From the NCBI GenBank assembly GCA_002753095.1, contig PDZU01000003.1:40946-104945 (forward strand): a DNA stretch of 64,000 nt, in the 5' to 3' direction. This DNA is from Magnetococcales bacterium. GTDB taxonomy: Bacteria; Pseudomonadota; Magnetococcia; Magnetococcales; Magnetaquicoccaceae. A program made the position numbers and the translations under genes. The notes under the pieces were generated by a model. The model did no database searches and was not told the origin of the DNA. It saw nothing but the letters and a program-made list of their open reading frames with translations. Below are positions 23,301 through 31,648 of this stretch, piece after piece. The stretch's first letter is position 1. Every line of letters begins with the position of its first letter.

Positions 23301-23606
23301 CTCCGGCGTGTGGGCAATCGCCACCTGAAGGTCAATCTCCCCGTTGAGCAGGCGCTGGTAGCTCTCGGCCCAGGTACCAAAAACAAACTCCAACTTCCAA
23401 CCGTTTTTGGTAGCGGTATGCTCCAGCAGATCAACGTAAAACCCCTTTATCTCTCCATTCTTGTCTGCAAAGACGCCGGGTTCATTTTGATAGACACCAA
23501 CCTTGACCGTGCGTGCCGTGCCGCTGGCAACCGCGACGGCATCTGACCAGCACAACAACCCCATGACGAGCAACAGCCCAATGAGTGGCTTACGCAACCA
23601 TGACAT
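20376..23606 (-). CDS. Multidomain membrane receptor: periplasmic solute-binding domain, TM segment, unassigned domain, metallo-beta-lactamase fold, two cNMP-binding-like domains
   Basis: Domains read from the translation:
- Signal/TM segment MSWLRKPLIGLLLVMGLLCW.
- SBP_bac_3-like region (KVGVYQNEPGVFADKNGEIKGFYVDLL...).
- TM segment WVLPVAAGAAGMLVLLFVGNLLL.
- MBL motif HTHAHDDHFAG.
- Two cNMP-like segments (LSFGSLIGGESLFG and VRNGGFFGEQSYL).
The start is set at the ATG at 23606, which has GGAAGGAG upstream. Confidence 0.8.
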   Translation of the reverse strand: MSWLRKPLIGLLLVMGLLCWSDAVAVASGTARTVKVGVYQNEPGVFADKNGEIKGFYVDLLEHTATKNGWKLEFVFGTWAESYQRLLNGEIDLQVAIAHTPERESQVDFSDETAFSNWGQIYVWNPDLDALPKLKDRIVAGMRDDVYYTRFKALVAQLGIKIYPLDQVDYEAVLQAVADNDADAGIISRSAGMMLDKGYAAHKSPIVCCPMEIRFAAPKDRGSDLLRALDRDLHEMKADSESLYYTSFNQWYEGGSKKAFPKWVLPVAAGAAGMLVLLFVGNLLLRRQVQARTMELEKEIVIRKQAEVAMRVAMRNLLTLQVAPGVYWLQIPEAGLYILCGCPSEVVKHLMRRGYISSTSKDGVSFETGPNVILLSDVLVQNGGFANLAEFPVLQMLYRQGIIIPKHPNNTGIKPLLIGSADQVRAQMAYIYRGNYGLISKEEILASGVDEALADTMMRIKLKFAFGNIRSPADFLDTLEVEDKPLAVRNGVTVERCGFNRYKFSFRGESTEVDLNLPPGVSYESPYPLGRHQLKQHSFAVIHTGEGDGWDINRPSMGSMIMFRGRIYLIDANPCIMQSLTALGLDINDVEGIFHTHAHDDHFAGLPALIQTDQRLKYFAPPLVRASVSKKFAALMSLSEDKFSQLFQIRDLVFDQWNDCDGLEVMPIYSPHPLETSLFLFRAWDEEKNALTYAHWADLSAFKVLDGMVGDGPGQISAAFMDKVKADYLRPATLKKLDIGGGMIHGLAEDFRHDTSKRLILAHIARSLTTQEMEIGSEASFGAEDVLIAGDRDYRLDRAEQYLQEIFPTAPLAEIRALLTSPVIDHNAGTIIRRGRRDNDEHECLDMILSGTVAYLNASANVMNLLSFGSLIGGESLFGNQPERDWEQPCEEEGEQQEGAQQASERAMCRRQWTYRTVSHCSVIQFSIEEMRTFLVRNGLMEQMMARMVKVSFLRKTWLFGEHTTPLTLGRIAGSMERITLSGSGLIPGRSGHHLWLIEQGEIHCQDRGGRTLEVVRNGGFFGEQSYLDPQYNHWRFRHEKEVVLHCVQWEHLLEVPIVYWKLLEVFDKRQKQLAG

Positions 23607-23818
23607 GACAGTCAGCGCTCCTTCCGTCGAGTAGCGGCGGGAGAGGGTGAAAGGAGAGATGCGGAACGGCAATCGAAACAGGACATCCCTGTCCCGATAG
23701 GGAGTTTTTATAACACAGGCAAGAAGTTGCCTGCCATAAAAAATTCACTCCTGTGAATCGCTCCTGTGGGAGTAGGCATTATATGTGCCAAACAAAAAGA
23801 ACCCAACGATAAAAAAAA

Positions 23819-24823
23819 TTATACGAACATTTTAATCTGGTAATAGTCCCGATACCAGCAGATAAACCGTTCAATACCCTCGCGCACCGTGGTCGAAGGA
23901 CGGAAACCAACCAGTTGTTCCAACTCTTCTATATCGGCATACGTATCAGGAACATCCCCCGGCTGGAGCGGCAACAGTTGCAACTGCGCCTTTTTGCCCA
24001 GCACCTCTTCCAGGGTTTGAATATAAGTCATTAATGAAACCGGTTGATTGTTGCCAATATTATACAACCGCCAAGGAAGCGATTGTGTTCCCTCTTTTGC
24101 TCTCTCCTCAGTGTGGGGTGGGTGATGCAAAACCCGCACAACACCTTCAATGATATCATCGATATAGGTAAAATCTCTTTGATGATGGCCATGATTGAAG
24201 ACCGGGATGGCATCCCCTGCCAAAATTTTGCGCGTAAACAAAAACAGCGCCATATCCGGGCGCCCCCAGGGACCATATACGGTAAAAAAGCGCAATCCAG
24301 TTGCGGGTAAACCGTACAGATGGCTGTAGGTATAGGCCATCAACTCATTGGAACGCTTGCTGGCTGCATACAAGGAGAGGGGTTGATCCACCCGGTCACG
24401 GATGGAAAACGGCAAATGGTTATTGGCCCCATACACTGAACTGGATGAAGCATACAACAAGTGCTCGATCTGGTTGTAACGACACCCCTCCAGAACATTC
24501 AGAAAACCGACGATATTGCTCTCGATATACGCATGGGGATTCTGCAATGAATAGCGCACCCCGGCCTGGGCTGCCAAATGGACCACCCGATTGAAGCGGC
24601 CCGCCGCAAACAGGTGGGCCATGCCCTCCCGATCCGCCACATCCAGACGTTCGAAACGAAACCCTGCCTGCGCTTGTAACCGGTTGAGGCGTGCCTCCTT
24701 CAGGGTGAGATCATAGTAATCGTTCAGATTATCCACACCCACCACTTCGTGCTGCTCTGCCAATAAACGCTGTGCCAGATGAAAACCAATAAATCCGGCT
24801 GCTCCGGTAATGAGAATTTTCAT
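23819..24823 (-). CDS. NAD-dependent nucleotide-sugar epimerase (UDP-glucuronate 4-epimerase-like, CapI/WbnF type)
   Basis: It has the Rossmann motif MKILITGAAGFIGFHL, the SDR catalytic motif YAASK, and a family-typical N-terminus DNLNDYYD..LK..RL. Confidence 0.8.
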   Translation of the reverse strand: MKILITGAAGFIGFHLAQRLLAEQHEVVGVDNLNDYYDLTLKEARLNRLQAQAGFRFERLDVADREGMAHLFAAGRFNRVVHLAAQAGVRYSLQNPHAYIESNIVGFLNVLEGCRYNQIEHLLYASSSSVYGANNHLPFSIRDRVDQPLSLYAASKRSNELMAYTYSHLYGLPATGLRFFTVYGPWGRPDMALFLFTRKILAGDAIPVFNHGHHQRDFTYIDDIIEGVVRVLHHPPHTEERAKEGTQSLPWRLYNIGNNQPVSLMTYIQTLEEVLGKKAQLQLLPLQPGDVPDTYADIEELEQLVGFRPSTTVREGIERFICWYRDYYQIKMFV

Positions 24824-24998
24824 GACTGTTCCACTTTGCTCGTTAACACCATGGCGCTTTGGCGCGCTTCTCCCTGCACAATTCCGGGTTTACCCTTGGC
24901 AACCCGCACAGACGGGGCTACACTGTAACCCAGGTGAACGGGAGCGGTAAAGGTTCCGTTATGGTACGCAGCGTTGCAACAAGTCAGGAACAGCCCGG

Positions 24999-26423
24999 AT
25001 GGAAGAGAACCCCCAATTGGCAGGCGAATCTGCGCCACACGCCCCCCCTGCCTCCCCTGCGGCGGCGTCTCCTGCCACCGCCCTGCGTCGCCCCGCCTGG
25101 AACAATGCCGCTGAACAATCTGTGCTGGGCGCCATCCTGCTCGACAGCACCATCTATGATCAGGTCGCTGACATCCTTCAGGCAAGCGATTTTTATGCCG
25201 GAGCCCATCGGGTCATTTTTCACGCCATTGCCCAACTCCTGGAGCAGGGCGAACCGGCGGATCCGGTCACTTTGCAACAGCATTTGCAAAAACAGGATGA
25301 GTTGCAGTCCGTCGGCGGCAGTGGCTATCTGGCGCAGTTGATTGACACCGTCCCTTCCACCGCCAATGCCGCCGCCTATGCGCGACTGGTGCGCGACAAG
25401 TCCCTGCTGCGCGAACTGGCCAAACAGGCCACCACCATCATCGAATCCATCTATCAGGGCAAAAACATCCCCCTCGATAAATTGCTCGATGAAGCCGAAC
25501 AGCGCATCTTTTCGGTCGGTGAAGGACGCACCCTGCGCACCGCCAACTATTTTCCCCTGAAATCGGTCCTGATGCCTGTTTTGCACAGCATCGAACAACA
25601 GATGAAACTCAAAGGCACCGTCACCGGTGTCCCCACCGGTTTTGTCGATCTGGATCGCATGCTCTCTGGATTGCAAAGCTCCGATCTGTTGATCCTGGCC
25701 GGGCGCCCCTCCATGGGTAAAACCTCTTTCGCCATGAACATCGCCGCCAACGCAGCCATCGATCATCACGTTCCTGTGGCCGTCTTCTCTCTGGAGATGT
25801 CCAAAGAACAACTGGTCTCGCGCATGCTCTCCTCCTCGGCGCGCATCGATGCCCAAAAATTGCGGACTGGCTGGCTGGATGAGCGGGATTATGGTCAATT
25901 GATCTCCACGGCGACGCGCCTGTCCGATGCCCCGCTTTATATTGATGATACCCCGGCCATCTCCATCTCCGCGCTGCGCGCCCGCGCCCGCCGCATGCGT
26001 CGGGAACAAAAAATTCAGCTCATCCTCATCGATTACCTGCAACTGATGCAGGGCGAACTGAAAACAGAAAACCGCGTCCAGGAAATTTCGCAAATCAGCC
26101 GGGGGCTCAAAGCCCTGGCCAAAGAGCTGAATATTCCCGTCATCGCCCTCTCTCAACTCTCCCGCAAGCTGGAAGACCGCCCCAACAAGCGTCCCATCCT
26201 CTCCGACCTGCGCGAATCCGGCGCCATCGAACAGGATGCCGATGTGGTCATGTTCGTCTTCCGCGAAGAGGTCTACAAGGAGAATGATCCTTCCCTGACC
26301 GGTCTGGCGGAGATCATCGTCGCCAAACAGCGCAACGGTCCCACCGGCAAGGTCAAACTCACCTTCCAAAAGCAGTTTACCCGCTTTGAAAACCATGCCG
26401 ATACCCGCTACGGCGGTGCATAG
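24999..26423 (+). CDS. dnaB: Replicative DNA helicase DnaB
   Basis: The N-terminal domain contains AEQSVLGAILLD, the Walker A motif is GRPSMGKTSFAMN, and the KQRNGPTG motif is present. Confidence 0.95.
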   Translation: MEENPQLAGESAPHAPPASPAAASPATALRRPAWNNAAEQSVLGAILLDSTIYDQVADILQASDFYAGAHRVIFHAIAQLLEQGEPADPVTLQQHLQKQDELQSVGGSGYLAQLIDTVPSTANAAAYARLVRDKSLLRELAKQATTIIESIYQGKNIPLDKLLDEAEQRIFSVGEGRTLRTANYFPLKSVLMPVLHSIEQQMKLKGTVTGVPTGFVDLDRMLSGLQSSDLLILAGRPSMGKTSFAMNIAANAAIDHHVPVAVFSLEMSKEQLVSRMLSSSARIDAQKLRTGWLDERDYGQLISTATRLSDAPLYIDDTPAISISALRARARRMRREQKIQLILIDYLQLMQGELKTENRVQEISQISRGLKALAKELNIPVIALSQLSRKLEDRPNKRPILSDLRESGAIEQDADVVMFVFREEVYKENDPSLTGLAEIIVAKQRNGPTGKVKLTFQKQFTRFENHADTRYGGA

Positions 26424-26443
26424 GGCAGGGCGCGGACGCAACC

Positions 26444-27583
26444 ATGGTACATGCTCCCCCTCTCTCCGGTCGGCCAACCTGGTTGGAAATTGATCTGGAT
26501 GCCATCGAACACAACTATCTCCAGGCCCGGCAGGCGGTCGCTCCGGCAACCGCGCTCTATCCGGTGGTCAAGGCCAACGGCTATGGCCTGGGCGTGCTCC
26601 CCATTGCCAACCGCTTGCTCCGTGCCGGGGCCGATGGCCTCTGCGTTGCCACCATCGAAGAGGCTATCCAGTTACGACAGGCGGGTATCAGCCAACCGTT
26701 GGTGTTGCTCTCTGGCCTTTCCGCCGGTCTGGAAGAGCTGGTTGTCAGCTACCGCCTGCGCCCCTTCGTCTTTGATTTGGCCCAATTCAAACCGCTCAGT
26801 CAGGCTGCCCGGCACCAACCGATCACCATTTTTCTGAAAGTTTATACCGGCATGGGACGCCTGGGCCTGCTGCCGGAGCAACTCCCGGAGGCGTTGCAAC
26901 TGGTGGCCACACTGCCCGGCCTGCACCTGGCCGGTCTGGTCTCCCATCTGGCCTGCTCCGATCAGCCCGATCATCCAGACAACAGCCGTCAACTGCACAC
27001 CCTGAACACCCTGCTACAGCACAGCGGCCTGACCCACGGGCAAACCTCTTTGGCCAACAGTGGCGCCATCCTGGCCCGACCGGATACCCACTTTGCCTGG
27101 GTGCGTCCGGGCATCATGCTCTATGGGGCATCCCCCTTTTTTCCCGCCAATCACGGACCAGAGGTGGGGCTGCAGCCCGTAGCCAGTTGGTATACCCGCA
27201 TCCTGCAAGTCCGCTCCCTCCCAGCCGGTACGGCCATCGGCTACGGACAAACCTTTGTTACCCAACACCCCTCCCGCATCGCCATTCTCCCGGTCGGCTA
27301 TGCCGACGGCTATAACCGTCTGCTGGGCAATCGGGCCCAGGTGTTGCTGCACGGGCAACGGGTACCGGTCGTGGGTCGGATCTCCATGGACTCCATCGCC
27401 ATCGATGTCAGCGCACTGCCCGACGTGGCCACTGGGCAACGGGTCACCCTGCTGGGCCGCGACCACCAAGCATTGATCACCGTGGAAGAGTTGGCCGCCT
27501 GGCAGGGGACCATCCCTTACGAAATTTTTACCAACCTGGGAGAACGGGTGCCAAAGTATCCCATCTCTTCCCGCACCTGCTAA
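26444..27583 (+). CDS. alr: Alanine racemase
   Basis: The PLP-lysine motif VVKANGYGLG is present and the whole ORF is Alr-like (379 aa). Confidence 0.9.
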   Translation: MVHAPPLSGRPTWLEIDLDAIEHNYLQARQAVAPATALYPVVKANGYGLGVLPIANRLLRAGADGLCVATIEEAIQLRQAGISQPLVLLSGLSAGLEELVVSYRLRPFVFDLAQFKPLSQAARHQPITIFLKVYTGMGRLGLLPEQLPEALQLVATLPGLHLAGLVSHLACSDQPDHPDNSRQLHTLNTLLQHSGLTHGQTSLANSGAILARPDTHFAWVRPGIMLYGASPFFPANHGPEVGLQPVASWYTRILQVRSLPAGTAIGYGQTFVTQHPSRIAILPVGYADGYNRLLGNRAQVLLHGQRVPVVGRISMDSIAIDVSALPDVATGQRVTLLGRDHQALITVEELAAWQGTIPYEIFTNLGERVPKYPISSRTC

Positions 27584-27597
27584 GCACGGCTGTCACT

Positions 27598-29799
27598 GTG
27601 TTTGCCCAGGTTGCACTGCCCATTCCTCTGCGCTCCCTTTTTACCTACTCGCTGCCCCCCGACTGTTGTGCCGCCCCTGGCACCCTGGTCCTGGTGCCGG
27701 TTGGGAAAACCCGTCAGGTCGGTATCCTCTGGACCATCACCGCACAACCGGCTTATAGCGGCGAGATCCGACCCATCGTGGAACTGCTCGAAGAGCGTCC
27801 CCTGCTCAACGATGAGTTGCGCCATCTGTTGGAATGGATCGCCCACTATTATCTTGCACCCATCGGCTCTGTTCTGGCCGCCGCCATGCCCGGCCACCTC
27901 CGCTTTCAAAAGAGACGACGTGTCTGCTGGAACAACCTGCCCATTCCAGAAAAACTCCCGGCCCCACTCCTGCCGCTGGCCCAGTGGCTGCAACAAAAAA
28001 AGGCCCTCTCGGAAGAGACCTTGGCCGGAAAAATAGCGCGCCCTCTTTTAAAGCAACAATTGCAGCAGTTGCTCCGTCTCGATCTGATCCGCCTGGAAGA
28101 GCATTGGCACGGTCGGCAAGAGTCGTCAGCCTCGGAATCCAACCCAAACATTCTCCCCAGCGCCGATCCACCCAACCTGACCGCCGAACAGGCCCAACAA
28201 GCACAGATAATCGAGGAGGCTCTGCAACAGCGGTGCTATCACCCCTTCCTGCTGCATGGCATCACCGGCAGCGGCAAAACCGAACTCTATCTGCGGGCTG
28301 TTGAACAGGTTTTACTCCTGGGGCGACAGGCACTGTTGCTGGTGCCGGAAATTGCCCTGACCCCACAATTGATTGAGCGCTACCAGGCCCGCTTTCAGGC
28401 CACGCTGGCCGTTTTTCATTCACGGCTGAGCGAGGCACAACGCTTTAATTTCTGGCAGCAAATTCGTGATGGCCGAGCACGGGTGGTCATCGGAGCCCGC
28501 AGCGCCATCTTTGCCCCCTTTGCCGATCTGGGGCTGATCGTGGTCGATGAAGAGCATGACTCCTCCTACAAACAGGAAGGCGGCGTCCCCTACCAGGGCC
28601 GGGATATGGCCGTGGTGCGGGCGCGCCAAGCCAAGGCGGTCCTCATCCTGGGCAGCGCCACCCCCTCCCTGGAGTCCCTGGCCAACGCCCGTCATGGACG
28701 CTACACCTTGCTGACCTTGACGCAACGGGCCACCGGGGCCAACCTGCCCAGCGTAGAGATGGTCCATACCGCCGAGGCCATCCGGCAACAGCAGATGCGC
28801 TTTGGCGATCTGTTGAGCCCCACCTTGCGCCAGGCCCTGCTCGACACCCTGGCCGCCGGACAACAGGCCCTCCTTTTCCTGAATCGGCGCGGCTTTGCCC
28901 CCTCCCTGCTCTGTCGGCGTTGTGGACATGCCATCCAGTGTCCGCACTGTTCGGTAACCCTGACGCTCCACAAGGCCAAGCAACTTTTGCTCTGCCACTA
29001 TTGTGACTTCCGGCAAAATCTCCAGGATGTGTGTCCCGCTTGCGGACAGTTAAGCCTGTTCGCCTTTGGCCCTGGCACTGAACGATTGCACGAAGAGTTG
29101 AGCCACTTTCTCCCCAACGCCCGCATCGCCCGTCTGGATCGGGATACGGTTTCGTCCGGTCTGCTCGATCTGGAAAATACCTTGCGTGCCTTTCGGGATG
29201 GTCAGCTGGATCTGCTGATCGGCACACAAATGGTCGCCAAAGGACACCATTTCCCTGGTCTGGCTCTGGTCGGCGTGGTGCAGGCAGAGACGACCCTCTG
29301 TCAACCCGATTTTCGGGCGGCAGAGCGCACCTTTCAACTGTTGACCCAAGTGGCCGGACGGGCTGGACGGGAGGAGGGGAGCCCTGGACGGGTGTTGGTG
29401 CAAAGTTTTGATCCCTCGCACTATGCGCTGCAGGCGGTCTTGAGCCATGATGTACACGGCTTTGTCAACACGGAAATGGCCTACCGTCAGGAGGCTGGCT
29501 ATCCTCCTTTTCACCGTTTGGCCATGTTGCGCTTCTCCTGCGCTGCCCTTCAGGAGGGTAATGACTTTTCCGACCTCCTCAAGGCCCATCTGCCCAGCTT
29601 CGATCAGGTGCAACTGCTCGGTCCGGCACCCGCACCTTTGTTCAAATTGCGCAACTGCTACCGCTGGCAACTGCTGATCAAAGAGCTGAAAACCGGGCAA
29701 CTCCATCGCGCCCTGCATGCACTGCTGCCCCTGGTCCTCTCCCTGGCCAACCCGCGCATCCGCCTGGATTGGGATGTGGATCCGTACTCGTTCGTATGA
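27598..29799 (+). CDS. priA: Primosomal protein N' (replication restart helicase PriA)
   Basis: It has the Walker A motif GITGSGKTE, a DEEH box, and the Cys-rich zinc region CRRCGHAIQCPHCSVTLTLH...CHYC...CPACG. It uses a GTG start. Confidence 0.93.
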   Translation: MFAQVALPIPLRSLFTYSLPPDCCAAPGTLVLVPVGKTRQVGILWTITAQPAYSGEIRPIVELLEERPLLNDELRHLLEWIAHYYLAPIGSVLAAAMPGHLRFQKRRRVCWNNLPIPEKLPAPLLPLAQWLQQKKALSEETLAGKIARPLLKQQLQQLLRLDLIRLEEHWHGRQESSASESNPNILPSADPPNLTAEQAQQAQIIEEALQQRCYHPFLLHGITGSGKTELYLRAVEQVLLLGRQALLLVPEIALTPQLIERYQARFQATLAVFHSRLSEAQRFNFWQQIRDGRARVVIGARSAIFAPFADLGLIVVDEEHDSSYKQEGGVPYQGRDMAVVRARQAKAVLILGSATPSLESLANARHGRYTLLTLTQRATGANLPSVEMVHTAEAIRQQQMRFGDLLSPTLRQALLDTLAAGQQALLFLNRRGFAPSLLCRRCGHAIQCPHCSVTLTLHKAKQLLLCHYCDFRQNLQDVCPACGQLSLFAFGPGTERLHEELSHFLPNARIARLDRDTVSSGLLDLENTLRAFRDGQLDLLIGTQMVAKGHHFPGLALVGVVQAETTLCQPDFRAAERTFQLLTQVAGRAGREEGSPGRVLVQSFDPSHYALQAVLSHDVHGFVNTEMAYRQEAGYPPFHRLAMLRFSCAALQEGNDFSDLLKAHLPSFDQVQLLGPAPAPLFKLRNCYRWQLLIKELKTGQLHRALHALLPLVLSLANPRIRLDWDVDPYSFV

Positions 29800-29833
29800 C
29801 CCGTATCAGGGTAATCACATGTAAAAGTGGCAT

Positions 29834-30070
29834 GGGGTCCAGGGGAGATTATCTCCCCTGGCGGGTGCAGGGCAGCGCCCTGCTGCAATGGCGCGCTTTT
29901 ACCGAAGCAGATTTGCGCAGCAAATCTGCGCAGCGCGCCAAATCTGTGCCCCGCAGGGGCACGCTTTGGGAGGGCGGCAGCCCGACATGCACCGTGTTGT
30001 CTGAACAACAATACGGAAAAAATTCTATCGTGCCACAGCCAATACGGAAAAAATTCTATCGTGCCACAGC
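29834..30070 (+). repeat. Copy B of the hairpin-rich repeat family (one arm only), ending in a 2 x 31 bp tandem duplication
   Basis: Positions 29834-29986 align with the left arm of copy A (16843-16996) and with the reverse complement of copy C. The copy lies between the priA stop and the ccmE stop. Confidence 0.65.
30009..30070 (+). repeat. Exact tandem duplication, 2 x 31 bp (caatacggaaaaaattctatcgtgccacagc)
   Basis: Read directly from the sequence: 30009-30039 is identical to 30040-30070. The second unit ends 1 nt before the ccmE stop codon (30072-30074). Confidence 0.95.
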
Positions 30071-30071
30071 A

Positions 30072-30524
30072 TCAACGCAAACTCTTCAACATGGACTCCT
30101 TGGCCTTGGCGATACCCTCTTCGCTCATTTTGACCGGGACATAATCTTCGGAGTGCTTGGCCAGGATGGTCACCGCCTGAAAGGTCTCCCCATTCTGCCA
30201 GGTGCCTTCGACAATGACCCCTTGTCCCTCGCGAAAAAGATCCGGCGTCATGCCTTCATACTGCACCGGCAACCCTTCGCTGTTATCAACCACCAAAAAA
30301 CGCATTTTCAAACTGCCCGGTTCGCGCAGCAAAGAGCCCTCTTGCACCATGCCACCGATGCGCACTTTGCGGCCATTCAACGCACTGCCTTTGGCCTTGA
30401 TTTCGCTTGGCGTGTAAAAATAGACCAAAGCCCCGGTGAAGGAGGTAAAGACCAGGGCCAGCAGCGCACCACCAACCAGCAAAACACTGCCGATCACTAA
30501 CCACCGCCTGTTTTTACTGTTCAT
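30072..30524 (-). CDS. ccmE: Cytochrome c-type biogenesis heme chaperone CcmE
   Basis: The product has an N-terminal anchor MNSKNRRWLVIGSVLLVGG, an OB-fold, and the heme-binding His in LAKHSEDYVP. The start is set to the ATG at 30524; the track ORF has a 55 aa spurious extension. Confidence 0.9.
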   Translation of the reverse strand: MNSKNRRWLVIGSVLLVGGALLALVFTSFTGALVYFYTPSEIKAKGSALNGRKVRIGGMVQEGSLLREPGSLKMRFLVVDNSEGLPVQYEGMTPDLFREGQGVIVEGTWQNGETFQAVTILAKHSEDYVPVKMSEEGIAKAKESMLKSLR

Positions 30525-30651
30525 CTTTGCCCTCCGCCTGCAACAAACGACGCACGCGCTGCAAACGCCGCCACCATACCCATGCCGGACCCAGCAACAG
30601 CAGTGCGGCCAATCCGTAAACACTCCATACGTAATCACTGTAATCAGGCAT
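30514..30651 (-). CDS. ccmD: Heme exporter protein CcmD
   Basis: My own translation gives MPDYSDYVWSVYGLAALLLLGPAWVWWRRLQRVRRLLQAEGKDEQ (45 aa). It overlaps the ccmC stop by 8 nt and the ccmE start by 11 nt. It is too short for the ORF track. Confidence 0.7.
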   Translation of the reverse strand: MPDYSDYVWSVYGLAALLLLGPAWVWWRRLQRVRRLLQAEGKDEQ

Positions 30652-31387
30652 GATTCTGCTCCAAACGCTCTGTTTCTACCGCCTCCCACTGCCGCCGAGC
30701 AGCAATCTCCCGGCTTTTCAAGACCAACAACCAGCCACCCAATACCACAAAGGCCACTGACATGACCAGCAAGGGGGGAAGCAGATCACCCGTGATGCTC
30801 TGCTTGGCTGGACCCGCAAAGGAGGGGGGTTGATGCAAAGTGCGCCACCACACCACCGAAAAATGGATGATGGGCAGATCCACCGCCCCAATGAGCGCCA
30901 GTACGGCAGTAGCACGGGCCGCCTTGTGGGGATCATCCAAGGCGTTGCGCAACGCCATCAAACCCATGAAGAGAATCAACAACACCAGCATGGAGGTCAG
31001 GCGCGCATCCCAAGCCCACCAGGCACCCCACATCGGCTTGCCCCAGATGGAACCAGAGAGCAAGGTCAAAGCAGTAAAGGCCGCACCGACCGATACGGAA
31101 GCCTCGGCCAAAATATCCCACTTCTCCTGACGGCGCCATAAATAGAGCGCGCTGGCTAGGCTTAACAACAGGTAGCTCAACAGGGACATCTTGGCCGCCG
31201 GAACATGAACGTATAAAATCCGCACCGCATTGCCCTGCTGAAAGTCATCCGGAGCCGAGAAAACCAGCCAAAGGCCAGCCGCCAGACTCAGCACAGTCGC
31301 CGTGGCAAGAAACCATTGAATTTTTGCAAACCATTTGATCATTTTTTCTGCAATCCGCTCTCTCATGCCATTAGGATGGCGGGCCAA
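30644..31387 (-). CDS. ccmC: Heme exporter protein CcmC
   Basis: The Trp-rich WWD motif WGKPMWGAWWAWDARLT is present and the product is polytopic. Confidence 0.9.
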   Translation of the reverse strand: MARHPNGMRERIAEKMIKWFAKIQWFLATATVLSLAAGLWLVFSAPDDFQQGNAVRILYVHVPAAKMSLLSYLLLSLASALYLWRRQEKWDILAEASVSVGAAFTALTLLSGSIWGKPMWGAWWAWDARLTSMLVLLILFMGLMALRNALDDPHKAARATAVLALIGAVDLPIIHFSVVWWRTLHQPPSFAGPAKQSITGDLLPPLLVMSVAFVVLGGWLLVLKSREIAARRQWEAVETERLEQNHA

Positions 31388-31399
31388 TCGTTAATAGTG

Positions 31400-31622
31400 T
31401 TTGGAAGCTTTGTGCGGGGCCATCGTGTTTGAACCTTTCTGCATTGTTGTGTGCAGACAACACGGTGCAGGTCGGGCTGCCGCCCTCCAGGAGCGTGCCC
31501 CTGCGGGGCACAAATCTGTGCGGCGTGCGCAAATGCTACGCATTTGCTTTTGTAAAACGCCGCACATTGCAAGCAGGGCTCTGCCCTGCACCCGCAAGGG
31601 GAGATAATCTCCCCTTGACCCC
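31400..31622 (-). repeat. Copy C of the hairpin-rich repeat family, inverted relative to copy B, inside the ccmB-ccmC gap
   Basis: The reverse complement begins ggggtcaaggggagattatctccccttgcgggtgcagggcagagccctgc and aligns with copy B through ...gcccgacNtgcaccgtgttgtctg. It occupies the 261 bp gap between the ccmB stop (31649) and the ccmC start (31387). Confidence 0.65.
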
Positions 31623-31648
31623 ATGTAACTTTTTTTAGTGCTACTATT

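Noticed and set aside
29090-29115. Sigma54-like TGGCAC...TTGC strings, for example ctggcactgaacgattgca inside priA.
   Set aside because: The spacing between the GG and GC elements is wrong by 2 nt, and the sites are intragenic.
30009-30070. The repeat was considered as a possible CRISPR array.
   Set aside because: It consists of only two directly abutting identical 31 bp units with no spacers, and no cas genes are in the window.
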